Positions 39,868 to 53,326 are shown, numbered from the stretch's first letter. The stretch: DNA of 64,000 nt from Proteromonas lacertae (GCA_002245135.1 NGBS01000012.1:62001-126000); one strand, 5' to 3'. A program made the numbers and translations. Notes: generated by a model not told the origin, from the letters alone.

Positions 39868-41983
39868 ATGATGATATTTACTCATATAAGAAATTTAATG
39901 GAAAAAAGACTTGTAGATGAAGAGAAAAAAGAGAAACACAAAAAAGAGTTTGATTATGGTTTGATAGTTCTTTTAAAAACTGATGATTAAAAACATAATA
40001 TCTAAACCTAAACACAAGGAAGATAAAGATTTATACTTATTTAATCCTTACTGTGTTGATGTAGTATTTCCAGCTGGACCTACCTACCTTACCATCGCAA
40101 AGTCTGCCTTTGGTAATTCCATAGTTCAAATGTTTCGTAAAACGTCGAATAAAGGACTTTCTCCACTTGAGGTAAGTTCTATCTTATTCATTACATGAAA
40201 TAGGCATGTGAGGCAGTTGAGCTAGGAGATATTATCACGTTCATTAATGATGAAGATTTAACAGAAATATATTTCAATGAAATACTGAGCAAGTTCAAAA
40301 ATGCAAAAAGACCAATGAAATTGAGGTTTACAAAGCCAGAAAAGAAAATAAAAAAACATGAGGACATTGAAGAATGTCCTGGTAAAGTATTAGAATGGAA
40401 ATTGGGATATATATCATTTTTTAAAGAAGATATTTAAAAATTAACCACTTTAATTGAATATACGAGTATTTACCAATAAAAATTTTCGATCTTACTTCCT
40501 TCCCAATAGAAGAAGAAACTAAAAGAGTAAAAGGAAAGAGTTTGACAGATTTGAAAGTAACAAATTCACCTCGTAAAGAAGAATCACACTCAGTCATGAG
40601 ATTTAAACAATTTACAAAGGCAGTAACAGCATGTTTACCAGATGGTTCAATATTCTTAGACAATGTGAGAGAATTAGCTTTTTTTGGTATTCCAGATGAA
40701 ATCAGAGATACATATTGGAAGATATTATTACAATATTATTCAGCAAAACAATGCAATTGGAATGAAGAAGAGACAGAACATAAAAACAATTACAATCAAT
40801 TTGTTACTGAATTTATTATTAATCCAAATATTGAATGTGGAAATATTGATAGTAAGAAGTTAATAAATCCATTATTTGATACTTGGCAACAACGTGAAGA
40901 TGAAGTTGTAATTGTTACTAGACCTGATGAGAATAATACTATGAATGAAGAAGAAAAGAAGAGAGAAAGATCAGTAACAGAAGAAGAAGCAAAATATAAT
41001 AATATTATACAAAAATGGGATGAAAAATGTTGTGATATAAACCTCTTGGAAGATATTTGGAAAGTATTTCTTTAAATTAGTTTTATAATATTATTTGAAT
41101 AGGATATTAGTAGAACATATCAGGATTTATCATTTTTTGGTAGTAATGCAAGAGATGTGATGGCTAGGATTTTGTATGTATATGCAAAATTAAATCCTGG
41201 ATTAAAATATGTGCAAGGAATGAATGAAATATTAGCACCACTTTTCTATGTATTTTCTCAACCAACTAATAGTACAAGTCATGAAATTAGTGAAGATGTG
41301 GAAAATATCACTTTCTATTGCTTTAACTATATTATGAGTGATATTAAAGATTTATATAGTCCAGAATTAGATAATACTCACTTAGGAATGTATTTATTTA
41401 TATTATATTTCTATAGTAACGGCTATTTTGAACAATTATCATCATTACTGGAGACATATGCCCCAGAATCATCAAAACAGTTAAAAGAGCAGAAAATAGA
41501 ATGTCAGTTATATTTAGTACAATGGCTAACTACAATGTTATCCAGAGAATTTGATATGCCAGACACTTTAAGGATTTGGGATACAATATTCGCACAGAAA
41601 AATAAGTTAGAGTATTTGCTATATATATGCTGTTCAATGGTTTATCATATTCAGGATTATTTATTATCACATGATTTTGGAGAGAATATATCTTTTTTTT
41701 AAAGCAAAATACTATTAATTTTCTTAATGCTATATAATTAAATATATTACAACAATATCCCCCAAATAATCTAAATTCTATTTTGAATTATGCATTGTAT
41801 ATAAGAAACTGTGAATTACATGACGCTTATGATAGAAAAGAGATAGGAGATATTGATTTGGATGAAATTAAAGAGAATGAAGATGGTAAATCAATTAATA
41901 TCAATATGGATGATATAAAGCATGGAATAACTGATCTTTCTAGTAAAGCAGCTACTAAGTTAAAAAGTTTATTCAATAAATAG
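39868..41983 (+). CDS. PDZ-like domain + TBC (RabGAP, TBC1D13-like) protein
   Basis: PDZ-like VELGDIITFIN..AKRPMKLRF. TBC motifs GIPDEIRDTYWKILL, KDISRTY, YVQGMNEILAP, WLTTMLSREF..TLRIWD and LQQYP. Start is approximate. Confidence 0.85.
40411..40463 (+). other. U12-like AT-AC intron (53 nt)
   Basis: Donor ATATCATTTT, branch-like CCACTTTAAT, end ATATAC. Removal deletes an in-frame stop and joins KLGY|EYLP in frame with the 40542 ORF. Confidence 0.8.
41688..41737 (+). other. U12-like AT-AA intron (50 nt)
   Basis: Donor ATATCTTTTT, branch TTTTCTTAAT, end TATATAA. Removal gives DFGEN|LNILQQYP, matching the TBC C-terminal spacing; no GT donor or AG acceptor near the required junction. Confidence 0.85.
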
Positions 41984-42578
41984 AATAATTGTATTTATAA
42001 AAAGATGGTTAAATGATTGATTTATTTTTAATGTTATATATTTAATTTGAAAAATTCATACACGTTTAATTTGGATTAATCGGAATATATATACTTGTCA
42101 AATGTTATGATAAAGAATACGTAACAAGTTAGAGTAGAATTAGTTAAAATTTGCATTACCGTTGATAGAAATGTGGTATAATATCATTATGTATGTTATT
42201 AAAGCTTATTAATGTATAAAATAATTTGAATATTCATATCTATTTTTACACCAATAATCTAAAGTTTTTTTCATTGTTTTTAACTTCATTTCTTATATAT
42301 AAAGAAATAAAAAATCACTAAATATTAATAGTGTATTTGATTTCTTAAAGATTAGCATGAATGACTTTTGAACATATTTAATGGAATATTTTACATGATT
42401 TCAGAACGATTATTTGACAATAATCCAAATATAAACTCCAATTAAATATATGAATAAAACTAAGAAATTTTAGCAAATTACTTAACTCCTAAATATAGTA
42501 TGAAAGATTAGACATAATATGCTGAGATAGATGTACTTTATTATGTAGTAGAAAATTAACAGCATAATTACATAAAAT

Positions 42579-43436
42579 TTAAAATCTTAATGAATGGTAA
42601 AATCTATTTGTTGTTTTATTCTCTATTTTATTCCACATTTCTTCTGAAACATGTGTATACCAAGTGAAATAATCTCCTATATATTTTTTGTCTATTATTA
42701 CATAAGAATAATTTGAAAAAATAACACTCTCTGGAATGCTTGTTTCTGATATAGCATGTATTCCTTTTGATAATAGCTCACTTATTCTATTTATCATTCT
42801 ACTTGACCATCTTTGAACAAATTCCTTAGAAAAATATCCAACTGAGTTATTTGAATATATCATTCTCCATCTTGTATAATTATCAGTACAACAGTGAAGA
42901 AGTGGCCATAATGTATCACTATAAAGAGTTATTTCAGATGTTATAAAATCATAATCAGTCTTATCATATACTTTAAAAAAATTGTTTAAAACGCCACTAT
43001 AACCAATATCTTGTTCTAATACCCAAACATATTTATATTTTTCTTTACACTTCTTATACCACTCTATTATTGACTCTGTATGAGAAATCCAAGGATAAAA
43101 TACTTCATCAGGAACATTTCCATGTCTACAATGTCCAGGTGTTCTTAAATCTTTTATTAGTGGATATCTTCGAATTATAAAATCAGTATCAATTCTAAAT
43201 ACATTTCTAAACGAAAAATTAAATGTTGTTTTAGAATTTGTAATAATCCAAAATGTATACACTTTATCTAGTGTTTTTATCCACGACAAATATCTTTTCT
43301 GCTGATTGATTGTTGGTTTGACAACTCTTATTACCACAGCATTTTCATATTTAAATTTGTTATTTAAAAAATACAATATATTTAGAATAATAATTATATA
43401 AACAACAACAATAATACGAAATACATTTATTAACAT
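42579..43436 (-). CDS. Intronless type II membrane protein, DUF3405-like putative glycosyltransferase
   Basis: N-terminal TM anchor, YKYVWVLEQDIGYSG..FF motif, and C-terminal FYHSLRF resembling the LYHPVK terminus. Confidence 0.55.
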   Translation of the reverse strand: MLINVFRIIVVVYIIIILNILYFLNNKFKYENAVVIRVVKPTINQQKRYLSWIKTLDKVYTFWIITNSKTTFNFSFRNVFRIDTDFIIRRYPLIKDLRTPGHCRHGNVPDEVFYPWISHTESIIEWYKKCKEKYKYVWVLEQDIGYSGVLNNFFKVYDKTDYDFITSEITLYSDTLWPLLHCCTDNYTRWRMIYSNNSVGYFSKEFVQRWSSRMINRISELLSKGIHAISETSIPESVIFSNYSYVIIDKKYIGDYFTWYTHVSEEMWNKIENKTTNRFYHSLRF

Positions 43437-44211
43437 AAATATTTAAAATCATCTTTTAAATTATCTTTCTTTCTTTCTTATATAGTATATCTTGAATTTA
43501 CTATCATAATTCCATGACCATCTTTTTTCTTTTTAAGATTATTATACTATTTTTTTGCTCATTGAAGAGCGAAGTTTTAATGCTGAATATGCGTCTAGTC
43601 GATAGTTATTTACAATTAAGTTAAATAAAACTGAATATAAAACTGAAACTAATAAAATGTTGTTTTTAGATTTAGATGTAATTTTTATATCCTTACCAAA
43701 ACGTGAATTCTTTTATATACACACATATTTTTTTAGAACAAAATATAATCTTTCAAATCATCTAGATAAAAATGTAACAATTGTTTTACAGGATATTGCA
43801 TACCAGTGAAAAATGTCGATATTGCATTTATTAGGCATACTAAGCATTATAATAACACATTAATAAGTAGATGTATTAATTCTGTTTTAGCGGAAAAAAA
43901 TATTACTCTAACAGAACGGCATTTAAAACTCAAATCAGATGAGTACTGAAAAGAATATTCAACAAACTGATTTGAAATTTAGAAAATAAAAATGAGAATA
44001 AAAAGTCGAAAGGAAGCATTTATATTGAATTACTGAAGCAATATTGGATTTATTCCTCATATAATGCATAGTCAAACCTAGATTTTAAGAATACACTACC
44101 TACCACATTATAGACATAGATTTAGTTAGAGTTAAATTCATTATAGAATATTTATATATTTTAACCCCACAAACAACATCACAATCACATATACTATGTT
44201 AATGTTTTGAA

Positions 44212-46736
44212 TTACCTCTCCACAACCCTACTTCCTCTACCTCTTCCCCTTCCTCTGCCTCTTCTAACATGTTCTTCCATTTTCACAATTTCAGCAATCT
44301 TACGTCTACCAGCTCCTCTTCTAGCGCCACCTCTTCTAGATCTATGTTGCTTAGCAATATCATCATCATCATCATCTTTTCCCTTCAAAAACTCAGAAAC
44401 ATCATAAATCGGTTGAGATGGTGCTTCATCACTACTTCCACTTTCACTGTTATGAGGTTCATCATTATCATTGCTGATATTATCATTATCTTCGCTATTA
44501 CTACTATCACTAAATTCCCAATTCCCATTTAATATTGATAATGCACCAATATCTTTTGGATCTTCACTGTTATTATCATTTTCACTTCTGCTATTACTAC
44601 TTTCGCTGTTTCTATCAGATATTGATGAAGAATTAGCAGTAGAGGAAGGCGAATTATTATTATTATGGTTATTATTCTCAATTGGAAGATTAGAATCATC
44701 TACATTAAACAATAAAGTACCTTTTCTATTAGGCCTTCTATATTCAGATGGATGAAATATATGTCCTAACGTAATTTCTATTACTTCATCACTTCCGTTT
44801 AAAACAACTTGAAAAGTTCTATTTTCTGGTTTTAATCCTATTAATTTTGCACCAAATAATTGTTGGTTGATTAATACATGAATATTACTGTTTATTTCTA
44901 TTCTATGAGAATCTAAATACTTATCCAATAATCTAAAATTCTGATCATATACTAACTTTCTATAATTATCATAATCATTTGATAATAATTCATTCTTCAA
45001 TTCTATATATCTAAATTCCTGATCTGTTAAACTAATATTCTCTATTACTCCATTTATTTCTACTTCATGTAAACAAGTAATGTTGGAAAATGATTTAACA
45101 ATTCCTTTAATCCACTGCTCATTTCTCTTAATCTCAATTTCTACATTATATAATGGAATAATATCAATATTATTAGAGTTAGAATTATTATTATCATAAT
45201 TTCTACTTCTATGACAGTTTCTAATATGATTATTAAACAGTTCATGTGAGCAGAAGTTATAAACACAAGTAGCCATTAATTTACATGGATAAATATTATA
45301 TTTACATCTATAACAAACATGTTCGACATATTCATGAAAATTCAAATTACTCAATTTGCATCTAGGACAAGAATATTCTTTTATTCTTTTTTCTATTTCT
45401 TTATTATCCAATAATTTAGTAATATCTGTTGTATTCAAATGTTTTATTGAATTATAATCATCAGGTTGTAACATCATTTGTTTAAAGATTGATGTATAAT
45501 TCTTAAATATATTTTTATTATTTGTATTATCAATATGTATTAATTCATATAAATCCAAAGGTTCATAGTTTGTATATGTATAGTTTGGTTTTTGTATTGT
45601 TAAATCTTCTTCTTTTCTAATTTCAAGTACTCGAGTTTGAAATAATGATAAGGTTTTTGTTAATATTTCCTTATCTTTATTTGAAAATGAATTAGGAGTA
45701 TCATTTTCTACTGTTGCTTTTGGAGTTGTATTTTCATCAGGAATATATTTCAACAATGAAGTATCTGGTTTTAATTTATCAAAACTTAAAATGGGTTTAT
45801 GAAAATTATCATAACAATAATCCCCAACTATTCCATGAATTTCATTATTTCTAATTTCCAAGTCATTCTTCAGTCTATTTGCTCCATCCATTTCAATATT
45901 TAAAGAATCATATTTCTTATTAATTGTGCTGCAAACACAAGGTCTTTGATTAAGAGGTGGAAACATATATCCACTAAAAGATGGATGAATCATTGTTGAA
46001 TTATAAATCGTATTAATATGAGAATATTTTCCTTTAACTTTTGATCTACCGAAAAATACTGGAGAAATATGATTTGATTGGTAAAATAATGTATTATATG
46101 GTACTATGTAATTAGTATCTTCTATTCTCCAAGTATTGGTAATAATATTTTCACTATATGATTCAAAATTTCCATCTGGAACAGAATCTTTTATTTTTAA
46201 TATTTTATTACATCTCATGTTGGTTATTGGTTCTATTCATATTTATTATATATTTATATTCTTTTATTTATACGTTTTATTAATGGATAATGTTTTTCTG
46301 TCAATTGTTTTTTTCGATACTTTGACATTTCTGGATTGTATATATCCGTGAATATCTTTCTTTTCACTTTGTCTATTTTATTATTATTATTGTAATATAA
46401 ATATACAAAAATCACCATTTTCTATTTCATCTCTGTATGGTTGACTTAAAAAATTGAAAAACTTTACATAACTTTCCCTTGTTGGTAATAATGAAATCAC
46501 TTCTGTTAAATTTGCTTTATTTAATTCCACTATTTTTAATATATAAAAAACATGAAAATCATACATATGTCTTTGTTGGTTGAATGAACTGAATTTGCTG
46601 GATTGCAGTAATGCTGAACTAAATAGCTAATATGATCCTTTTCTTTCCATTGGTTATCCTATTTATACTAAAAAAAGTCTAACTATACTACACATAACTT
46701 TGCTGATTCGAAAAAAAGAGGAGATCTCGTCAACAT
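44212..46736 (-). CDS. Putative chromatin/nuclear protein with Cys/His zinc fingers, Tudor-like domains, acidic Ser/Asn region and RG-rich tail
   Basis: CPRC..H...C and C....C...H...C fingers; Tudor-like EQWIKGIVKSFSNITCLHEVEI..ENISL; RGRGRGRG end. The 5' exons are inferred. Confidence 0.55.
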
Positions 46737-46846
46737 AAGTGAACAATTTGAACAACTAAAATAGTTGTCAATTATAGAATCATCAATTATTTTACTCTGA
46801 AAAGCATTCAGCGGTTCTTCCATAAACGTAGAATTAAAATATTAAA

Positions 46847-48665
46847 TGATTCGTACTTCTAACGATTGTTTATTGTCCAATTATTATTTTTATTTATTGT
46901 ATTTACACAGATGTTTTATGGAAACACAAACGTAATTGATATTAAAAGCAAGAAATATAGTGTATCAGGACATAGATCAATATGTAATAAACGCTTCTTA
47001 TACATTTTGGGAGGATATACTACAAAGAAAGATGAGCCCTATAGAATTTCAAGAAAAGAATCATTTAAAATTTCAATGTCTACTTATGAGATAAGTAATG
47101 TACAGTTATCTCTACCTTCTTTTTTTGCAATGACAGCTATAGATGAGTATAACTATATATATGTGAATATTATGTAGTTATATAATTGTGCATGGTGGAA
47201 TATTTTACAAATATGAAAATAAAAAACAAAAGATTGTTGTAAGTAGTTCTTTACATTTTTTTAGATGGGAAAATAATGATATAGAACATATTGATATTAA
47301 AAAATCATTAGATAATACTCCAGTAGGACTTTATCATCATCAATCAGCATTTTTTGCAAGGGATTTAATTGTATATTTTGGAGGAATTTCAGAGGATGAT
47401 AAAGACGAGGAATTACCAAACGATTCAATATATTTCTTGAAAATGAAATTAAAAGGTAATGAAATAAAAAGTGTAAAATGGGTTGATATAGATTGTTCTA
47501 ATCCTGAAATTAGTCCACGAGCTAGAACAGGCCATACTTTAGTATCACATGCTAATACAGAAACTTGTATTTTATATGGTGGAAAAGATAAAGATGATAA
47601 AATATTAAGTGATATTTATATATTAATTTGTAGTGAAGATAATAAGTATGAATGGATTCAACCAGTATTTCCTAAACCAAGTATGAGATTACCACCTTTA
47701 TATGGTCATTGTATGGAAGAATATAATGATGATTGCTATATAATATATGGAGGTGAAACAGATAATTTTAATACAAATAGTCAAATTTATATATTTACAA
47801 TGTTGAAATATCCAATAATTGAAAATGATGATGAGAATTTTTATGTTAGTTTGAGTAAACCGTTATTATCAAATGGATTACCTTCTCCATCATTGAATGC
47901 ATCTATGAGCGAATATAAAGGAACAATTTATATATTTGGAGGTAATTTAGATGATGAAGTATTGAATGATTTTTATGAATATACAATTACAGATAAATTA
48001 ATAGAAACGGAGAAACCGAGAGGAAGTTCATTATATGAGTTCTTAAAAGAATTGAATCTATTATATTTACTGGATGTTTTTTTAAAGAATAAAATTCAAG
48101 AAAAAAATGATTTGGATTATGTAAGTGAAAAGCAATACATTGAAATGGGATTAAAATTGGGTGAATATAGATTAATTATGAAAAATATTGGATTTATTAA
48201 AAGTATATATATATATATATATTAATGAATATAATAATAATAGGATTGGATAATTGTGTTGTTAAAGACTTTCAAAGGAATGATTTGATGTTATTCAATA
48301 AAAAAGATATAAAAAAATTCAAAATAGATGGAAGTTTAGGTGATGAAGAGAGTGAAATATTTTTATTAGATAATAATGTTATAGGAATGAAAGAATCTAG
48401 TGTTTTAGATAGGTTAAAAGAGATTAAAGATCAAGTAGGAGATACATCTGTTGATTTGAAAGGGTTTAAAGCTTATAATTGTGTAGTTTGTCAAGATAAT
48501 CTCTCAAAATATGCATTTATACCTTGTGGGCATTATGGTGCATGCGAAGAATGTTGTAATTTATTGAAAGCTAAACCTGCATTTAAATGCCCTTTCTGTA
48601 GTCATAAAGATCCTGAAATTGTTGAAGTAAAATTACCTCCTAATGATGATTATGATGAAGATTAA
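46847..48665 (+). CDS. Kelch-repeat + SAM + C-terminal RING (C3HC4, IAP/MGRN-type) protein, putative E3 ligase
   Basis: Kelch GG motifs (YILGG, YFGG, PRARTGHT..LYGG, IFGG); SAM-like FLKELNL..F..EMGLKLG; RING CVVC..FIPCGH..CEEC..CPFC. Start is approximate. Confidence 0.8.
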
Positions 48666-49119
48666 CTAATTAAAGAAATAGATTGTATTACTTTTTTTTT
48701 CAAGAAAATACATTAATTGAAAATATAGTCAGTTATGCTTGAATATAATCAAACCTTATTTTTTAATATTTTCTTTTGTAATGTGTGTTTAAGCAAAATT
48801 AATATTAGAAGAACCATTTTATCTGTTAACATTCATGAAGATTGTTGAATTGACATGAAAGTAGCTTGAGTATTTAAATCTTGATGTTCTTTTTTAGGAA
48901 TATATACTTTACTTGATTTAACAAAACACTATAGAATAATGCCAATCCATTATTATTAAAGAATACACCATTATTCTGAAATACATATCTTAAGTATATA
49001 GAAACTATTATTTTCACTGTTTAAAAGGATTATGTATATAAATACAAATATTCATCATGTAAAAACAGTTGTATGTAAATTTGGTTTATGTAAATAGTTG
49101 AGTATTTTTACAGTTTTAC

Positions 49120-50379
49120 ATGTCTAAATCAGAAGCTATATCTGTATATTTAATATTTATCCATTAGGTTTATGCTAGGTTCCGTCCTACTAATGAAATT
49201 GAAAGCAGAGAAGGTGGTGGAGATTGCTATTCTAATATATCTGATGTATATTGTTTTTTTATTGTATTTATAGGACACAGTCGAGATAGACTATAGAAAA
49301 TATACATTTGATAGAATATATCCTCCCAAAACCCCACAAGCTACTATGTATATATTCTAAATTTTACTCATTAGGTATGAAACAATAGGAAAGATGCATG
49401 TAGAACAAGCATTAAAAGGGTTTAATACAACTATTATTGCGTATGGACAGACAGGTTCAGGTAAAACTTATACAATTGAAGGATTAGATATTCTTAGCGA
49501 TGATGTAGAGACAAAGGGATTAATACCAAGAATATTCATGGAATTAATAGATACAAAACTTTTTCTACATGATAGATCAAATTATGAATTAAATATTTCT
49601 GTATTATTATCATATATATATATGCATATAGATATCTATGGTAGAAATATACAAGAACAAAGTTTATGATTTATTAAAACCAGGAAAAGCGTTAGAAATT
49701 AATGCAGATAAAGAAGGTTTTTATATTAAAGATATTGAAAAGAAAACTGTAAATGCAGATAATGATATGATTGAAGTATTTAAAAACGGATCAAAAAATA
49801 GGAAAAAAACTTCAACTAAAATGAATGATCATTCTTCAAGAAGTCATATGGTGGTGATGCTAGAATTAGTTCAGGTTAATACAGTTAGCGGAAAAAAGAT
49901 AAGCAGTATATTTAATATTGTAGATCTTGCTGGGTCAGAAAAGTTAGGAGTATCTGATGATGTAGATGAAACAAAAACAATTAGTTCATCATTGTCAGAA
50001 TTGGGTCAAGTAATAAAAAGATTAGTTGACAAAGCAAAACCTAATAATAACAATGCTATTGATCCAGTTTATAGGAATAATGCATTAACAATGATATTAA
50101 AGAAAAGTTTAAATGGAAATTGTAAAACATCAGTTATATTATGTTGCAGTCCAACATTTAGTAATAGAGATGAAACAATGAATAGCTTGAGGTTTGGAAA
50201 ACTCTGCAAAGAGATTAAGAATAAAGTTAGAAAAAATATTGAAGCAGGTTCATCGGAATTAAAAGCAGAAATTAAGAGATTACAATCTGAACTTAGATTA
50301 TTACAGGTTAAGTATGATAAATTGAAAGGAATTGAAGTGAATGAAGAAGAAAGAGATGAAATTCTTAATGTATATTTGC

Positions 50380-50414
<35 letters not shown>

Positions 50415-53155
50415 AGAATCTTAATTCGCAAATAGAGAGTATGAATGATCTTATTTCTGAACAGAAGTCTATTATAGAAAGAGATGAAACAGTCATGAAA
50501 CAATTGAAAGATGAGAATGAGAAATTGATGAAAGAAGCAGATAAAGAAGATCTAGAAGTATATTGATAGGTATAATCTGTATAATAGAATGAAGTGAATA
50601 ACCTAAATAATACCATAGAAGAATTAAAGAATCAATTAACATCATATCAAGAGATGAGTAGTAATTTAAATGCAAAATTAAAGACATATGAAATTAATGT
50701 TAAAGATAAAGATGAAGATATTAAAAGACTAGATGAAGAGATGAATAACAATAAGAGTAACTACTTATCAGAAAGAGATGAATTTAAAAAGAGATATGAA
50801 GAGATGAATAACACTATTAGTTTGCTAAATGAACAAAAAGCTGATATAGAAGTATATAATGGTTTTATATGTTATTTTTCAAATAGAAAATGTATCATGA
50901 AAAGATTATCAAAATACAGGATGAATTATCTTTAAATAATCTTGAAGATGTTTTAACAGAATCTCAAATTAAATCCTTAAATAGTAGTATAAATGAAAAT
51001 GTTAATAATAATGTTGAAGAAGATTTAGAGAAAAATAAGGATCCAATCATTGTAAAAATAAAAATGATAATGGAATTTAATAAAGTGACAATTCAAAATA
51101 ATCTCAAAGAGATTGAAAGACTTAATGAAAAATATAGAGAATTAAATGATAATTTTCAGAAAAAAGAAATTAATTGTACAGAGTTAAAAACTGCTTTAGA
51201 TGATAGATTCAATGATATTATCAAAATTGTATTAATAACAATCAATAATATTTTTTAATTTATAGAAAAGAGATTATAATGATAGAGAGAAAAGGTTATT
51301 GGAGAAGATAAACTGTTTAAATAGTCAATTATCATACTCTAGACAGAATTATGAGAAAGATATTGAAGATAAACAAAGTGTAATAAAGCAATTGAGTGAA
51401 AGATTGAATATACTAAAAAGACAGTTTAGAACTAGAAATATAGAAGATATGTCAAAATCTATTGTATTGATCTAAGGGTTATTGTTATTATAGTATCCTA
51501 CAAAAACAAAAATTCTTCAATCATCTCATCTAGCAGACACTAATAAAAAGTTTGGCGTTTCTTTTCATAGTTTAGTTGATGATGATGCTTTTATTCCGCC
51601 AGTTATCAAAAAGAATATGGCTAAATTGAATAATGAAATAAAGAATCTAAATGATGAAATAAGTAGATTCATTGTATTAGTTATAGTATTATAATATAGG
51701 ATGAAAAAGAGCAAGATGCTAAGATAATCGATATATTAAATGAAGAAAAAAACGAACTTCAAACAAAGTTGGAGGGAATATCTAATAAGATGAAAGAAAA
51801 GAACAAAGAATATGAAATAGAAAGAAATGAATTGAAAAATGAAAATGCTAATTTGAAGAAAGTATATGAAGATGTGAAGATGAAAACAAATGATATGAAG
51901 AAAGATAATGATCAATTAATGAAAGAGAAAGAAGATTTAAAGAAAGAGATGAAAGAAAAGATCAAAGAATATGAAATAGAAAGAAACCATTTAAGAATCG
52001 AGAATGAGAAGGCAAATAAAAATAATGTAATATTGGTATATAATCTGATTTTATTTTTATAGACTAAACAATACAATTCTAAAGTACATGAATTAGCGAA
52101 TTCAATAAGTGAATTGAATAATATTAAACATAAATATAATAGCCTTTTCTCTGAAAATAATCAGTTGAAAAAAATTGATGCTGATTTGCATTTAGAATAT
52201 AATAAAAAGAAAATGGATTGTGATTCACTTAAAATAGAATATGATAAATTAAAAAGACAAATAGAGATTAAAGAAAATGACATAAGAAGATTAAATGAAA
52301 ATATGAATGAAGAGATAAATAAAAAGGATAAAATTATTAATAACCTGGAAAGACAGTTAGAAGATGAAAGAAGTAGAGAAAAAGTGTTTATAAAATCAGA
52401 TTATAAAGAAAAATATAACAAATTATCACAACAAAAGAGGTTCTTTCAGGATTCTGTAAGTAAACATAATAATGGTGGTTTAATATCACAAGAAATGTAT
52501 GATAAATTATTGAAATCTTATAATGATGTATGTGATGAATATAGTAGAATGATAATTCTTAAATTTTATGATTATGATAATTTTTATCTAACAGAATATT
52601 TGGATGGTAAAAAACCATCTTTATTTTCAGGCCATCTTCATCCACTTACATTAGATGAAGAAATTAGAATGAAATTAATGAAAGAAGATTTAGAATGTGA
52701 CTACATCTTATATTTCCCATCTAGTATTGATTGTGGAATGTTTTCTTCAGAATACATTGAAAAGGTGTTTAGTAATGATAGAAATATAAAAACAGTTCAT
52801 TATCTTATAGAAATATTTTTAAGTTTAATTGGATTTAAGCTTAAAAATGATAAATTAATTTCATTAGCAACAGAGAATAGATTATTCAGTTTAACAAATA
52901 AAACCTATCAAATAGGCTATAACTCAAATTTTAAAACATTTAAGAGAAACTGGTCCAGAAAAAATTGCAGATTACTATAATAAAAGGATTAATTTATGAA
53001 ATTAATCGTGATGGTCCACTTAACACAAGAAAAGTAAGGCAAGCATTTCATGATTATTGGATTAACCTGTATTAATAATATGATTTACATTTTTTTATAG
53101 AATAGTTGATAAAGAACAGAAAACAATACTTAGAAAACAGGTTAAAAATTATTAA
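49120..53155 (+). CDS. Kinesin (N-terminal motor, kinesin-1-like) with long coiled coil and C-terminal OGFr-like domain
   Basis: VYARFRP, YGQTGSGKT, NDHSSRSH, VDLAGSE and SLRFG. All downstream coiled-coil ORFs join by in-frame GT-AG introns. The tail needs two +1 corrections (52915, 52979) and a final intron. Confidence 0.85.
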
Positions 53156-53326
53156 TTGGTCATTTTAATGAGATTAATAGAATTACTTTAAAATATATTA
53201 TATATATACATATTTCTTTATCAAACAGATTATTTATGATATTTGATATAAAATAATATCAAATTAATTGTCATATGTTTATTTACTATCCCCATATCAA
53301 AAATGTAAAAATCATTAAAAACTATT

